DNA of 64,000 nucleotides from Octopus bimaculoides (GCF_001194135.2 NC_068997.1:11501841-11565840); one strand, 5' to 3'. Positions 26,485 through 40,810 are shown, counted from the stretch's first letter. The notes: generated by a model from the sequence alone, not told the origin. Numbers and translations: made by a program.

Positions 26485-26748
26485 NNNNNNNNNNNNNNNN
26501 NNNNNNNNNNNNNNNNNNNNACATACATACATACATATACATATACAGATACACATACAGACACCCGTATATATATACATATATACGACGGGCTTCTTTC
26601 AGTTTCCGTCTACCAAATCCACTCACAAGGCTTTGGTCGGCCCGAGGCTATAGTTGAAGACATTTGCCAAGGTGCCCCGCAGTGGGACTGAACTCGGAAC
26701 CATGTGGTTGGTAAGCAAGCTACTTACCACACAGCCACTCCTGCGCCT
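26244..26748 (-). mobile_element. Composite tRNA-derived CORE-type SINE with an internal microsatellite (family C)
   Basis: Minus-strand head AGGCGCAGGAGTGGCTGTGTGGTAAG..GAGTTCAGTCCC has A/B boxes. It is followed by ACCTTGGCAAATGTCTTC (CORE-like), the (TA/CA) tract with a gap, and the body/tail GGTTCGGCAAAAAGAGACCGATAGAATAAGTACTAGGC...TGACTGAAACAAGTAAAAG. Confidence 0.88.
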
Positions 26749-27874
26749 GTTTATTTTTGACACACTTGTCTTCGTCTTTTGTTTTTGTTTTTGTACATTC
26801 TCAAACTATATATATATATAATTTATTTGTGAGTAAACTTGGCTATCGATGGTTTCTGGTATAGAGGAATCTCCTTGCAAATATCAAGCCTTCCACATGG
26901 GAAATGGAAACGTATATAAACACACATATATGTGTGTATGTATACACACGCATACATACATACATACATATACATATACAGATACACATACAGACACCCG
27001 TATATATATACATACAGTCAGACGTTCACTATATTTCATATAGGAAAAGCAGATATACAGACAGATAGGATAACCAGCCATTACCTTTTGTTATAAAGGT
27101 TATGACTTAGAATAGCGAGCTATGTCTGCTAGGTTTGTAAAAAATTCAAAAGCAGTATTATTCCGTATAATTCACATGAAAGATAACAAAGAACATGTAA
27201 ACAAAAGGTGAATAAACAACTGTACACAGAGGTATTAAATGTTTGTGCTAATCAACAACTCCATGAAATGGAAAACTCACTCATACATTTCACTGGTAGA
27301 CACTTTTTATAGCATCTGATTGTTATTATATGATAGGTAAATGTGAAAGGTGCAACATCATGTCAAAGTTCGCATATACACGATTAATTCCTTTCATTTA
27401 CATAGTATTGAGTTGACGACAAAGTTTTCTATTCCAAATCACAGAGTTAATACTGGTGAGAAATATATTTACAACGTAAACAGACAGGGGAAAATATTCT
27501 TAATTACATAGACAATACTCTAAAGATATTCAACAGTTTACAAAGTTAATATTGTCTTTTGAATCGTACGTATTCTCTCTTAAAATATTTCCTCCTTTAC
27601 GATAAAGACGTACTTCGTTATTAACTGTTTGTCTCTAATATGTGAATAAAAGTATGGCTAATTAATTTATAGCATAATCAACCAAAGTGAGATAATGTCA
27701 CATCTTTCGTGGTATATGGTTACTAAACTAATATTTTTATATGTAGAATTACGTTGTATCACAAGGAATTTACTAATAATGCATTACATCTTACATGATC
27801 AAACAGTCAACTCAAACCCTCATTATGTAATTATATACGAGTGTGTGTATGTATGTGTACGTGTATGTATAAAC

Positions 27875-27905
<31 letters not shown>

Positions 27906-29989
27906 TCCATATATACATTAATATATACATAAGCAAATATATATATCCATCCATCTCTCTCTCTCTCTCTCTNNNNNNNNNNNNNNNNNNNNNNNNNNNN
28001 NNNNNNNNNNNNNNNNNNNNNNNNNNNNNNNNNNNNNNNNNNNNNNNNNNNNNNNNNNNNNNNNNNNNNNNNNNNNNNNNNNNNNNNNNNNNNNNNNNNN
28101 NNNNNNNNNNNNNNNNNNNNNNNNNNNNNNNNNNNNNNNNNNNNNNNNNNNNNNNNNNNNNNNNNNNNNNNNNNNNNNNNNNNNNNNNNNNNNNNNNNNN
28201 NNNNNNNNNNNNNNNNNNNNNNNNNNNNNNNNNNNNNNNNNNNNNNNNNNNNNNNNNNNNNNNNNNNNNNNNNNNNNNNNNNNNNNNNNNNNNNNNNNNN
28301 NNNNNNNNNNNNNNNNNNNNNNNNNNNNNNNNNNNNNNNNNNNNNNNNNNNNNNNNNNNNNNNNNNNNNNNNNNNNNNNNNNNNNNNNNNNNNNNNNNNN
28401 NNNNNNNNNNNNNNNNNNNNNNNNNNNNNNNNNNNNNNNNNNNNNNNNNNNNNNNNNNNNNNNNNNNNNNNNNNNNNNNNNNNNNNNNNNNNNNNNNNNN
28501 NNNNNNNNNNNNNNNNNNNNNNNNNNNNNNNNNNNNNNNNNNNNNNNNNNNNNNNNNNNNNNNNNNNNNNNNNNNNNNNNNNNNNNNNNNNNNNNNNNNN
28601 NNNNNNNNNNNNNNNNNNNNNNNNNNNNNNNNNNNNNNNNNNNNNNNNNNNNNNNNNNNNNNNNNNNNNNNNNNNNNNNNNNNNNNNNNNNNNNNNNNNN
28701 NNNNNNNNNNNNNNNNNNNNNNNNNNNNNNNNNNNNNNNNNNNNNNNNNNNNNNNNNNNNNNNNNNNNNNNNNNNNNNNNNNNNNNNNNNNNNNNNNNNN
28801 NNNNNNNNNNNNNNNNNNNNNNNNNNNNNNNNNNNNNNNNNNNNNNNNNNNNNNNNNNNNNNNNATATATATATATATATATATATATAAACATATACAT
28901 GCATATATACTTCTCGAGTGTTAAACTATTACACCTGCTTGTTCCTTCGCAAGTCTTCGTGTGAGAAGTTAGATGAGCAATTGCCATAGCCGTCCCTCGC
29001 ATGAGAGTACAACTTCGCATCATGTATGATGCCTTTGTCCGGCGTTCCTAGTGGCCAGCACATAAAGAAAGTTACTGGGCTGCTCATCATTCATAATGTA
29101 AAACTAACTACATTGTTGTTGTATATAATGCTCAGCTTTGATAAGAATCCTACCTATGAACCTATATTCGTGCTTACATGGATACGAACGTACATGCATG
29201 TGTGTGTATATATGTATGTTTGTGTCAGAGTGTGCGCGCGCTCCTGTATGAGAGCGTGAGTGCATTTCGAAAATAAGCAATGAGAGGCAAGTGGCATGTA
29301 TTGGCACTACGAAGTCGAATAAGGTTATATAAACTCCATTGAAGATAAGCTTGTGATTTATTGAAAATATGTTTTTTCCATGGAATGCACAGTAATCCGT
29401 TTCATATGGCGGCGAAGCCAAATGAGCAGCGATGATTATCTCAAAAATAATTAATTGCTCCAAATTGATTTGCCATTCATGAAAAGAGAATCTGATCGGG
29501 AGCAGACAAGAAGAAAGTCCTGAACACTTTTTCTGCTTCACTTATTGCCATTAACACAGTAGTTGCTCTACCCATCTTCAGATATAAAATATCTTAATTT
29601 GTGCTTTACTCATCTTCAGAAAATAAATAACTTAATTTGTGATCTATCATATGGCATGAGAAGAATAGTGAGTCTAATTTCATATGACTTTCAAAAATGT
29701 ATGAATGGTATGAAAGAAAAAGTATTTCGTAGAATATATACTGCAAATCGTGAATAAACTACACGCCAGTTATGCTATCCCTACGGAGAAGCACTAGGCC
29801 ATTGCATCGCTAACCGCTAAAGTGATAAAGGAACGCGTAATTCTATGCACCTCAAATAACTTCTGTGACTTAGTTCACAAAGTAACTTGTTTCCGATTTC
29901 CTCGGCTAATCCATGTGTGCACATACATACGAACGCAGAAACACACACAAATGTATGTATATTTGCTCATGCATCTATATATATATGGA

Positions 29990-30023
<34 letters not shown>

Positions 30024-31518
30024 TTTCAGTGTCTGTGTATGTATGCTTGTGTATATATGTATCTATATATGTACGCAGTAGACAATAAATTCAAAGGAGG
30101 TGTAAAGTTTAACAAATACTGTATTAACTTAAAGCTTAGAGCGGAGAAAAAAGAGACCTATAATTATAAGGGCCATACCCATCAATACAAAGTGCTAACA
30201 CGTGTTTTTGGATCAAACTTGTATACTACACAACTATGTGGATCTGCAAATTCAAGAATTTATTGAAAGAAATCAAATCAAAACAGAATAAAAGAATCAT
30301 TGTAACGCAAATGTATTATTCATTGAATTTATGCATTGAAGTGAATAATTTTAATCATATTAACATAGTACAACTGATTAAAATTCCACATATTTTGGCA
30401 ATTCTGTAAATGTTTTGTGTTTTGGGCTAATTTTAGCCTGATAGAAATCTAACCTTGTTCATTTTCTCTGTTCTGACGTATTTCATCACTGTCTAGGTTA
30501 TTCCTTATACCCTTTTCTGTTTTATGATCTATGCATTCTGATACATTTGTAGCCATTTCTTGGAGGATGTGCGGTGAAATAAACATTTTTTCATAGTCAT
30601 TCTAACCCCGCCGTATTATAATCACGTTTCCACATCCCAATTTTTTGTTTTATCTCTACGGGGGTCGAGACGTTGGTACAAACTTAGCCAACTATTCCTC
30701 AACATCGTCTCATATATGAAAACTACATTTTAGGCTTTAGAAACGTAATTCTCCATTTGAACCAACTGCCTGAGTGATAAGAATTATAATGCCATTGATA
30801 AAACGTTTGCTTCATCAGGGTGATGTGGTTTGAAAGAACAATGACTGGGAGAAATGTTATAAATATATATGTAAATCCACATCTGTTTCCGTGGTAACGC
30901 CAACCAAAATATCTTGCTGTCACTGCATTACCTGTTTTTGTGGATTAGCGAAAACCGACAGTCAACTTGTCAGAATGATGACATTGCAGATATTTCCGTA
31001 AGATACTAATTTAAAATAGAAATCTGCTCACAAATTCGCTAAAACTACGAATTTTATTCAATGCATAGTTTACTATTATTGAAAATGCCTTTTGAAGAAT
31101 GTATGTTCAATTTCATTTAGAGCAATAATGTCTGTGTGCCTATGTGTGTACGTGTTAGTGGTGTATGTGTTTGGGAGTATTAGTGTGTACGCACATACAT
31201 TTTTGTGTTTATTTCCATTTCATATCAGGCGATCGACTGTCAAGTTTTTTAAATGTATTTTTACAAGCTTTTTTGAATAGCAATGTTATACTTCATTGTT
31301 TATGATCTTTCGCACGTTCTTCGGCTTTGCATTTTCTATACGTCTCGTTCTTTAATATTCTTTCCAAAGTAAACGGGCGCGCACGCGAAATAAACTTAAA
31401 ATTTTGCCAACTGAGACGTTTGAAATTGCTTGCGAACATTGCGCTTGCGACCTTGTAAAAGAAAGATTTGATGAGTTTAATACTTTATTAACCATGCAAG
31501 GGTTTCGCNNNNNNNNNN

Positions 31519-31590
31519 AAGGCAGCGGACTCGCGATCGGAGAGGATCGAGGTTTCGATTCCCATACCGGGTAGTCCTTGTGTGTGCTTA
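31519..31590 (+). mobile_element. SINE family A head fragment
   Basis: GGCAGCGGACTCGCGATCGGAGGATCGAGGTTTCGATTCCCATACCGGG matches the reverse complement of about 42095-42142. Confidence 0.8.
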
Positions 31591-33840
31591 TTGACTAAAA
31601 TGTGTGTTTATTGTGTGTTTATGGCCAAAATAAATTTTCCATTGTCGCATGTTACCCTGTGGAGTTGAGTTCTTTACTTTCATTGATACTTGATTTAGCG
31701 TTCAAATGTATATCTACAGACACTACTCCTAGCCTCAGATAACATGGACGAAACTTTAAATCTTGCGAATCTGAACCACTCTGCTATTAAAGATATGTGT
31801 AACTCATAAAAGTTTGATATTTACTATGTGCACTTGGACACAGAAATATATGCATGCATGTATACATATCTACATATACATATATATATACATGTATATA
31901 TAATATGTGTGTATAAATAAATATATATAAGCACATAAGTATGTATATTGTGTATGCATCTGTGCATGTTTCATATGCCCTAGTGTCTACTATCACTTTT
32001 GAATATAGCTAAGACAAATGATAAGTAAAAATAACTTTTAAGAAAAAATATATTAACGATATTTAATGTTCCTAAAAAATGGCTTGACTGTTGTGTTGGT
32101 GCAAGAATGTAAATAATTATAAAATGTTTCCTACTATAAACTACATACAACATAATATATACATGTTTAAAGAAACTGAACAGACTCTTTTATTTCTCGT
32201 TGAAATGGTCTTAGTCGCCTTTACATTTACTTCTGCCAATGGGTACACTGCAAATATTTTATGGCATTTTCAAGGCTTTAAGTATTCTTTTTATTTATAA
32301 TTTTTTCAAATATTTTGCATAGTTATGAAGCACAGATTTTACTTTCTATTTCAGACCTATAAATAAAACATGAGCATATTTTTTTCTTTTAATATTATGT
32401 ATTTCATTTCAACAAAATTTTAATGTATATTTTTCCCCAAACACATACTTCATTTTTCATTTTAATAGAAATATGTGTACATCCATTAATGGGAAATATG
32501 AATACAAACTTCAAAATCCTATACAAAATTGTGCTTCTGGCTCTTATTGTAGTTTCTAGAAACTGAAATTTTTATTTGGAAAGAATTCCTTTCGATGCTA
32601 TATTGTTTTATTTATTTATTTTATTTATTTTTTAGCAGTGATATTTTATAACTACTGATTCCAAATCTTTAGACTTAAGGATATGGAGAAACAGAAACTT
32701 TTAAAAAATGGCATTAAAATCGTTACTATACATAAAGACATCGTTGAAATCAGGTGATATAAGCTTAATCATTCATTTTGTGAGTTGGAAAATATAAACG
32801 CCATTAGAAAAGTCGGGTCTTCTTGCATACAATATGGGAATGGTCTTGTATTTGAGAGTAATATACGTGAATATAAATGCATAAATAAAATTCACTGATG
32901 CAGAAGTAGGACGCCGAATATATCCCGTACACTGTTTTGTAATGTACTTTAAATTTTCGGATGAAAAGCGTCGAGTTTTCATGTTTTGTTTTGAAAGTAA
33001 CAGCGACGATATAAAAGTTGACTGCGTTGGTTTTAACAAAATGCTGAACTAGATTATTTTCAGTATTATATGCTTTATTATTTTTTACTTTCCATTTTCT
33101 TTGCCTTCACAATACTAAAAAATACATGCTAGGCAAATACAATCATTCTTATATTGATTTCTTCATTGAATCAACTTCTCTCAAAAGCTGATGTAACGTA
33201 GTTCATTAATGCTTATTTTACACAGCCACAAATCGACTGCAGGTAAATATGTACATTACGGTCATTGATTATCTATTATATATGCTTTATGTGGAACCCT
33301 CTTATCCAGTGTTTAACCTTTTTCTAAGAATGTAATTCGGAGGAATTTAACACAATTGTGTTGCCATTTATATCACATCATGGCACTACATTTTAGACAG
33401 CAATACGTCAGTGGGAATATTAAAAAGATATATGAAATGAATTTTGTGTACAGCAGAGGGAGGTTTTGTTATGTCAGAAAAGAACGGTAGATGGAAACGG
33501 AAGTAGGTGGAAAAGGAAAGTGTCTGGTAGTGTATAAGACACAAAAAAATCGTGAGCAGATGTAGGGCACACATATATGCATGTATATGCATGTATGTAT
33601 ATATCTATATACATGTGTGTGTTCGTGTGTGAGCGCGCCCCTGTGTGTGTGTGCATGTGCGTGTGTGTGTGCACATGTGTCTACTCTCTTTTATCTGTAA
33701 ATATTTGAAGACTTCCAGTAAGGGACTGGTTTCGAACAAAGATACAAGGCTCCTTCGGAATATAGAGTACAAAAACAAATTCACACTTTTAACATGAAAA
33801 CCACACAATGGGTAGATAAATATGACTTTGTATGCATTAA

Positions 33841-34064
33841 CCATTAAGTCCCGGAGTACTTAAATTTCTGAATATTACTTTAAAATTTCTACAGATGATT
33901 GAAAATAGGTTGAAATGAAAAATAATAATTATTAAAACTCATTTACTTCAACTAGAAATGGAAATACTCGATGTCCTATAAATAGGACACAGAGACAATG
34001 TGATATAGCTTATTTTAAGGTTCTCATTTTATGTCCTATTTATAGGACAGTGGGACTTAATGGG
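33841..34064. mobile_element. piggyBac-type MITE
   Basis: TTAA at 33837-33840 and 34065-34068 flanks the termini CCATTAAGTCCC and GGGACTTAATGGG. There is an internal inverted pair, TGTCCTATAAATAGGACA and TGTCCTATTTATAGGACA. Confidence 0.8.
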
Positions 34065-35309
34065 TTAATTAGTGTTGTGTATGTGCATTCATGTATGTAT
34101 GTGAGCGTAGGGTTTGCACAGGCAACTTAAGAGTTGTATTAATGCGTCTATTTTCAGAAAGAGAGGTGCATGCCCCAGCGTGAGGATGTATGTGCAGTTC
34201 ACTTAGCATATGGAGATGTGAATGAGTAAGAGAGCGTGTGTGTGAGTTTGTATGAGTGTGTGCGTGTGTATGTGTGTCTACTTGTGTATGTGTGCGCGTG
34301 CGTTCGTGTGTGAAAGAGCATTAAGAGAGAAAGTGTTATCAATAAAAGTAAATGCGATTCTTAATGCAAGCCACGTTTCCTATACTTAGAGAGAAGATAA
34401 ATTTTGGCTATATTTTAAAGCAATATTGCAAAAATAACTTGATGAAAGTGCAAAATAGCAAAGTAATATGGCAGAAAACAGAAGACAACAAGTCTTGTCG
34501 CTAATTTAGAGCATTGTTTTGCCGTATTAAATTGTGTCTATCTGCATTTCTCCAGCGAGTACTTTTTGTATACGAGTAAACATTAAATAGTAAGCTAGCA
34601 TTCATGCTTTTAGTTATGGTATTTATAAAATTTTGCTTTTATATTATTTGCTATAGATGTCGAAAAGACATTTAGTTATCTGTTTTTTAGCATATTTTGC
34701 CATGTCATTTTTATGATATTGTGTCGCATTGCTGTAAACCAAACCGACTTAGTCCCCTGTATACATTTTGCTTGAGCTATTCTAAGAGAAAAATCAATTT
34801 TGTTTTTTGTTAAATGATGGGGAATTTGTTTTGAAATTATTAAATTAGCACTATTAGTTGTTTACATAGAAAAGAAGAGCTATTATGAAATATTTTGAAT
34901 TGGATAATATCGCTCACCAAATGGACCATATCACATATTCATTGTCCCAGGAATGGATGCAATACGAAAACCTCAATGTAAGGTCAATTTAGAAACTAGG
35001 GTAAATAACGAAAACCCCATGCACTGATATATTAGTTGGTCAGCCAATTCCACCACACGATAGTCAATAATATATTATCGATTTCTCTGTCAGTTTCTTT
35101 GTCATTTCAGATTTAGAATTATAATTAATTAATTATGTTTAATTTCTATCCGATTTCATGTGGACATTTTGTCTCTAATTCCCATTCAAATTTGATTATT
35201 CAAATTTACCGAAAAAATCGCAAAGATGACAAGGAAACAAAAATGTTAATCAATTATTAATTTTGTTCTTGTTTAATTGTTAACTCCATTATTTGTTATA
35301 ATCACTATC

Positions 35310-35347
35310 CTTTATTATTATTATTCTTCTTCTTCTTCTTCTTCTTC

Positions 35348-35418
<71 letters not shown>
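35310..35418. repeat. (TTA)n-(TTC)n-(TTA)n compound trinucleotide array
   Basis: Direct read. Confidence 0.96.
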
Positions 35419-38207
35419 GCCATTATAATTGATATTATCATTAATTTGTATATAGAGGTAATGATCATGCAGGCAGTAAAAAATTTAATTAGTTGCTGCT
35501 TTTCTCTTCCGTACATCACATTTCAACGCCGATTTCCTAATTCATGGGCTTTCTGTTGTTTCCTTTTCTCTTTATTTTGTATAGTAATGAACAAATAACC
35601 TAAAAAAATACTATTATAAGATATAGTTTCTATACTAGTAATTAACATTGTTTCTCGATTAGAAATGGTTACTTATTGACTATTGCTTACGTACTGAAAC
35701 AAGCTCCCCTTTTTCTTTCCGTCTAAAAACGTTGCATCGTATTATGAAAACGTACGATCCATTTCAAAACTTTCCCTTATGATATTAAATAACATAATGC
35801 CATAAAAATATATCCACACATACGCAAATTATTTGGAGATACATATGTATATATATAAATATATACAGACACACACGCACTAGCAGACATGCACATACAA
35901 ACACACAGAGAAACAGACTGACAGACAGGCAGACAAGCAGACAGACTTGCATTCCTATGTTTTAGGTATTGATAATCTTGCCACATATAACTTTACAGAA
36001 TATGAAATAATCATATAATTTCTGTTTCAATTTTTCTGATACGAACTAGTCTGTATGAAACGCTACTGTATACTTGATAACATGTACTTATTCCGAAGAC
36101 ACAGTGATTTCTTAATTATATACTTCTGAAAATATTATACATAACTAGAAGCAAATACACACGAATCCTTAAAAAAAATATTCAATAAACGTAGGAGTCA
36201 TAATATATCACATTTGAAGAATTGATATTTAAGGAACACTCCACGCGAGAGAGATAGATCTGACTGGAAGAGATATATCTGTTCTTGTTAAATTCTCTTT
36301 CATGTGATGGTTTCCTCCCTTTGTTTCATGAAAGATTTCTTGAAATCCTTTTGTGTATTGGCTTGGAGTGAATAGCATATGTCTTGTAATTTATGGAGTA
36401 AATATAAGTTTTATATGCAGGAGCTTGTGGTTATTATGCATAATTTGAACTTAGTTCGTTTCATATCTATAATGAGGATAGGATAAAATTGAATTTTTCT
36501 TGATGATCTCTGCAGGATTTGAATAAATACAGCCAAGCATGTTCCTGATATACAAATAAATTCTTCATAAAAAAAAAGTATTGCACAATCTACATTTGTG
36601 TCTCTTTCTTTTTCACTTAATTTCATTGATTAATGCGTAAATATGATACTGATAGATATCCACTGATAGATATGGTATTATAAAGCAGGTATTATCTTTA
36701 ATGTATAACCCGTTTATAAATTGAATTGCGTGGCAACTGATTAATATTTAAAGAATAACCTTTCTGAATCGATGATGTGGCCACCATGTTGAACCTAACG
36801 TAAAAATGCAAAGTGTATTACATGTGCACTGAGTAATTTGTAACTGCATACGTCCTTTGATTTAAGCTTTTATCAGTCTTAAAAACAAATTTAAATCAGG
36901 AGTTATGAAACTCAACACTCTTTCTATGAGTACTAGCAGTTCCTATCATCCATTTTGACCTCTAAAATGTATGCATCGTCTTACACTATTAAGTTAGCTT
37001 CAAATAAATTTTGTTGTGGAACACTATGTATTTCATAAATGAGTTTTGCTTACTGTGCATATTTTACCGAACACGAGTGTGATTTCATTGAAATTCATGA
37101 GTTAGCAAATCACGCGATACACTAACATTAAATTCAGGATAATAAATATATATAAACTCGAATGAATGTTGAAATGAGCCAAAGGAATAAATAATTGGAT
37201 GTGTTTGGTTCGATTACTATTTACTTCGAACAACTGGAAGGAAAACAGTAGGCAGAAACACATCAGTAGATAGAAACACATCACACATGGGACAACTTGA
37301 AATGTTAGGGTTATAATTATTTGAATAATCAACGGATTATAATTAAGTTTATGATGAATGAATTACGCCATTATTGAAGGATATTTTGAACAAATGCCAG
37401 TTCTTGAAGTTATGTATTTATCGTATTTTAAATGCACTGGGAAGTTTAGGTAATCAATCATCAGGTTATAAAATCGAAACGTATTAACAAATGGAATCTA
37501 AAATCAAATATATACGCTTATATCCTATAACAGAATTAGAAAAATGAATAAGTTTTGAAGTAATTCCCTGCAGTATATCGATTCCAAAGAAATTATGTTG
37601 CAGTAATTCATTTGAAATTCTCTAACTTTTAAGAGTTACTAGGTCAATTCTATATTGCTTTCAATACGAACAATTTTCCGGTTCAGTTATATTTGGGGAA
37701 AATGTTTCAAACTTTAAACGTAATATCCTAACAATCAGCAAATACTCTCGCTAATATATTAAAGTGGTAATCTTATATGCACACACACACACACACAAAC
37801 ACAGAGACAAACACTTATGTATAAATTATTTTTTTAGAAAGACATATGTCCAGAGAAGCACACTCTAAGACATAAAGCAGTCTATATTAATTACTGGTGA
37901 AGGCCGGTTTATAGGGATACCATGGGTTCCTCGCCATAAATAGTACCTTTATGGCGTATCTTAAGACCCTAAGACCTGTTGGCCTATGGCCTTGTTAAAC
38001 TATGTATCGTTTACCCTCCATATTNNNNNNNNNNNNNNNNNNNNNNNNNNNNNNNNNNNNNNNNNNNNNNNNNNNNNNNNNNNNNNNNNNNNNNNNNNNN
38101 NNNNNNNNNNNNNNNNNNNNNNNNNNNNNNNNNNNNNNNNNNNNNNNNNNNNNNNNNNNNNNNNNNNNNNNNNNNNNNNNNNNNNNNNNNNNNNNNNNNN
38201 NNNNNNA

Positions 38208-38935
38208 TTTTCGAGGGAAGGATTAGACAAAACAGAGGAAGGAGTCTAGTTGTTCGCGGGAAATTGAGGACGCACGATACAGTCTTCAATATAACGACCG
38301 TATAGTTCGAAAGTGCGACCAGTGAATCGTGAGAATATTTGGGCCTCAACGTAGCCGACGAATAGGTTCTCACAGTTGGGGCCCATTCCATTTCCCATGG
38401 TCGCTCCAGAGAACTCTTGGTAAAAATCACCTGAGAAGCAGCTGACTGAGAGAAGAAGTTCGGCCAGACGATGAAGCGTGGAGGTGTCAGGTTGGGGTTT
38501 GGTTCAAAAGTCTAGGAAGTGTTTGAATGCAAGAAGGCCTTCCTTGTGTGCGATCACAATATATAGTCTCTTGATATCAATCGTGAAGAGAAGTTTAGAG
38601 GGGCCAGGAAGGAAAGAGAAAGAGTTGAAGAGACGGCGAGCATGATTAGTGTCGTGGGTGTGTGAGGTCTTATGATGTTGTCTTTGCGGCGTCGGATACA
38701 TCGAAGGGCCAAGAAGTCGGCTGGAGAGCTGTTAAAATGTCGGAGACGCCTGCAAATTTTAAACCGGTATTCACATGTTGGCAGATGCTTCCAAAATGAT
38801 CGACTGCTCGGAACTGGCCAGGAGCTGGCGTCCAGTGGGATGGTCGGCGGCCCAGGTCGATGAAGCAACCCTCTTTATTAAATGCAGGTGGAGTGTTGTG
38901 AAATAGTGCATATAGCCTGTCGCGGTGCACGAATC
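38208..38935 (-). mobile_element. Penelope-like element reverse transcriptase relic
   Basis: Minus-strand translation gives ALRCIRRRKDNIIRP..HDTNHARRLFNSFSFLPGPSKLLFTIDIKRLYIVIAHKEGLLAFKHFL..FYQEFSGATMGNGMGPNCENLFVGYVEAQIF..YGRYIEDC. These are the PLE RT motifs D(I)KSLY, GxxMGxxxxPxxANLF and RYIDD, with stops and frameshifts. Confidence 0.93.
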
Positions 38936-40536
38936 GAATGATGTTCGTTTATTTCTTCGTTATTACATTAATAGGTTTATGCGCGCGCGCGCGCGCGTGT
39001 GTGTGTGCGTGTGTGTGTGTGTGTTGGCAAAGTCCCATATAGACTCTGGCTAAATCTACCAACAAGGAAAGATGAAAATCAAAAGCTTACGATAATAAAA
39101 TTATATAAAAAAAAATGTGTTACTCGTGCATAACTAGATATGTAATGTTTTCTCATATGTGAATGCATGACCGTATGAGTGTATCCGTGTATGCAATATG
39201 AAACAGGCTTCTAAATTATCATTTGATTTGTGTTATGTAAATATGACAATATGTAATCATGTTATAATCAAATTTATAATTATTAATCTTCAATGAAAGA
39301 GAAACGTATCTCTCTATTTCACGAATTTACTACCAAAAGTAACTTTGTAAAAAGTTTTACGCCCACATTTCCAACAAGGTGACAAAACTAGATGTTTCAG
39401 ATATAATGTAAAATCGAGACTTCAATTGCAACTGATCGATTTGTTTCCTTTTTATTGGGTTTTTACATTGAAAAATCGATTTGACAATAACATATCTTCT
39501 CTTAAATCTCAAAATATAAACTATTAATGTATATCTGTGTATAAATATTTTAATATGGCTGAATTGTGACGTTCATAATTTATTATGTTTAGCTCAAATT
39601 TGAACATGGCGGGAGTTTATGGACAACGAACGATGACATTGATGCAGCAATATAATCAACGATTAAATAATTGATTATTTATGCCTTGTTGATTTAAACA
39701 GATCATCGGATATATACGGATCAACAACTATGACAAAACTGTTAATTATATGAAGTATTTGGGAAACTTATACCAGCACGTCTATAGAATATATTGCACT
39801 GATCCAACGGTGGTCAAACATTTCGATGAGACACAGAAAGAGACTAGGCCAGGAAGTAGTACCCTGAGTTAACATATGTATGATTCAATCTTTATAGAAA
39901 TGTACGCATTAATGTTACAGTTATAAAAGAAGTATTTATATATTTAGTCAAGAGAATGATTTAAAATATATAGTTATTTGTATGAAATGACGTATAATTA
40001 AAAACTACCATATTTAAAGTATAAATACAATCCGCTGAATTTCATACCTGAATGCATAAGATTTGAAACAGAAAAAATTATGAAGTATACAGATGAGAAA
40101 GCTGGGCCCATTATCAGGTCTTGACATTTTATAGTTTGAATGATGTATGTTACGTCAAAATATACAAATGTTATTGGAATGTGGTTGAATATATCGTTTT
40201 ATTATACAGTCATTGGATCTATTGAGCCTTCGAAATATCAAAGTGATGAGCACGGTTTTTCTTGTCTTTAACACCGACATCCCTCTACCGGTCACTCAAG
40301 GGTTAGCATGTTGACTAATGTCGCTCGGTGGTTTGGGGAATAGTACTTTTTTGAATATTTTTCTTGTTTCTTCCTTCTCAAATGTCTCATCGTCTTTCTT
40401 CTACTGTTTCCACTATACATCCTATCAGAAACTGGACGGTGTTCCAAGTGGTTTGACAACTATTTCCATTTATCGGTGCGTCAATATGATAAATTTGTTT
40501 GAGATCTTATCCTATCTTGTTGTTTCTGTACTCATG

Positions 40537-40537
<1 letters not shown>

Positions 40538-40606
<69 letters not shown>

Positions 40607-40810
40607 NNNNNNNNNNNNNNNNNNNNNNNNNNNNNNNNNNNNNNNNNNNNNNNNNNNNNNNNNNNNNNNNNNNNNNNNNNNNNNNNNNNNNNNNNNNNNN
40701 NNNNNNNNNNNNNNNNNNNNNNNNNNNNNNNNNNNNNNNNNNNNNNNNNNNNNNNNNNNNNNNNNNNNNNNNNNNNNNNNNNNNNNNNATATATATATAT
40801 ATATATATAT
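40538..40810. repeat. (CA)n and (TA)n microsatellites around an N-gap
   Basis: Direct read. Confidence 0.95.
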
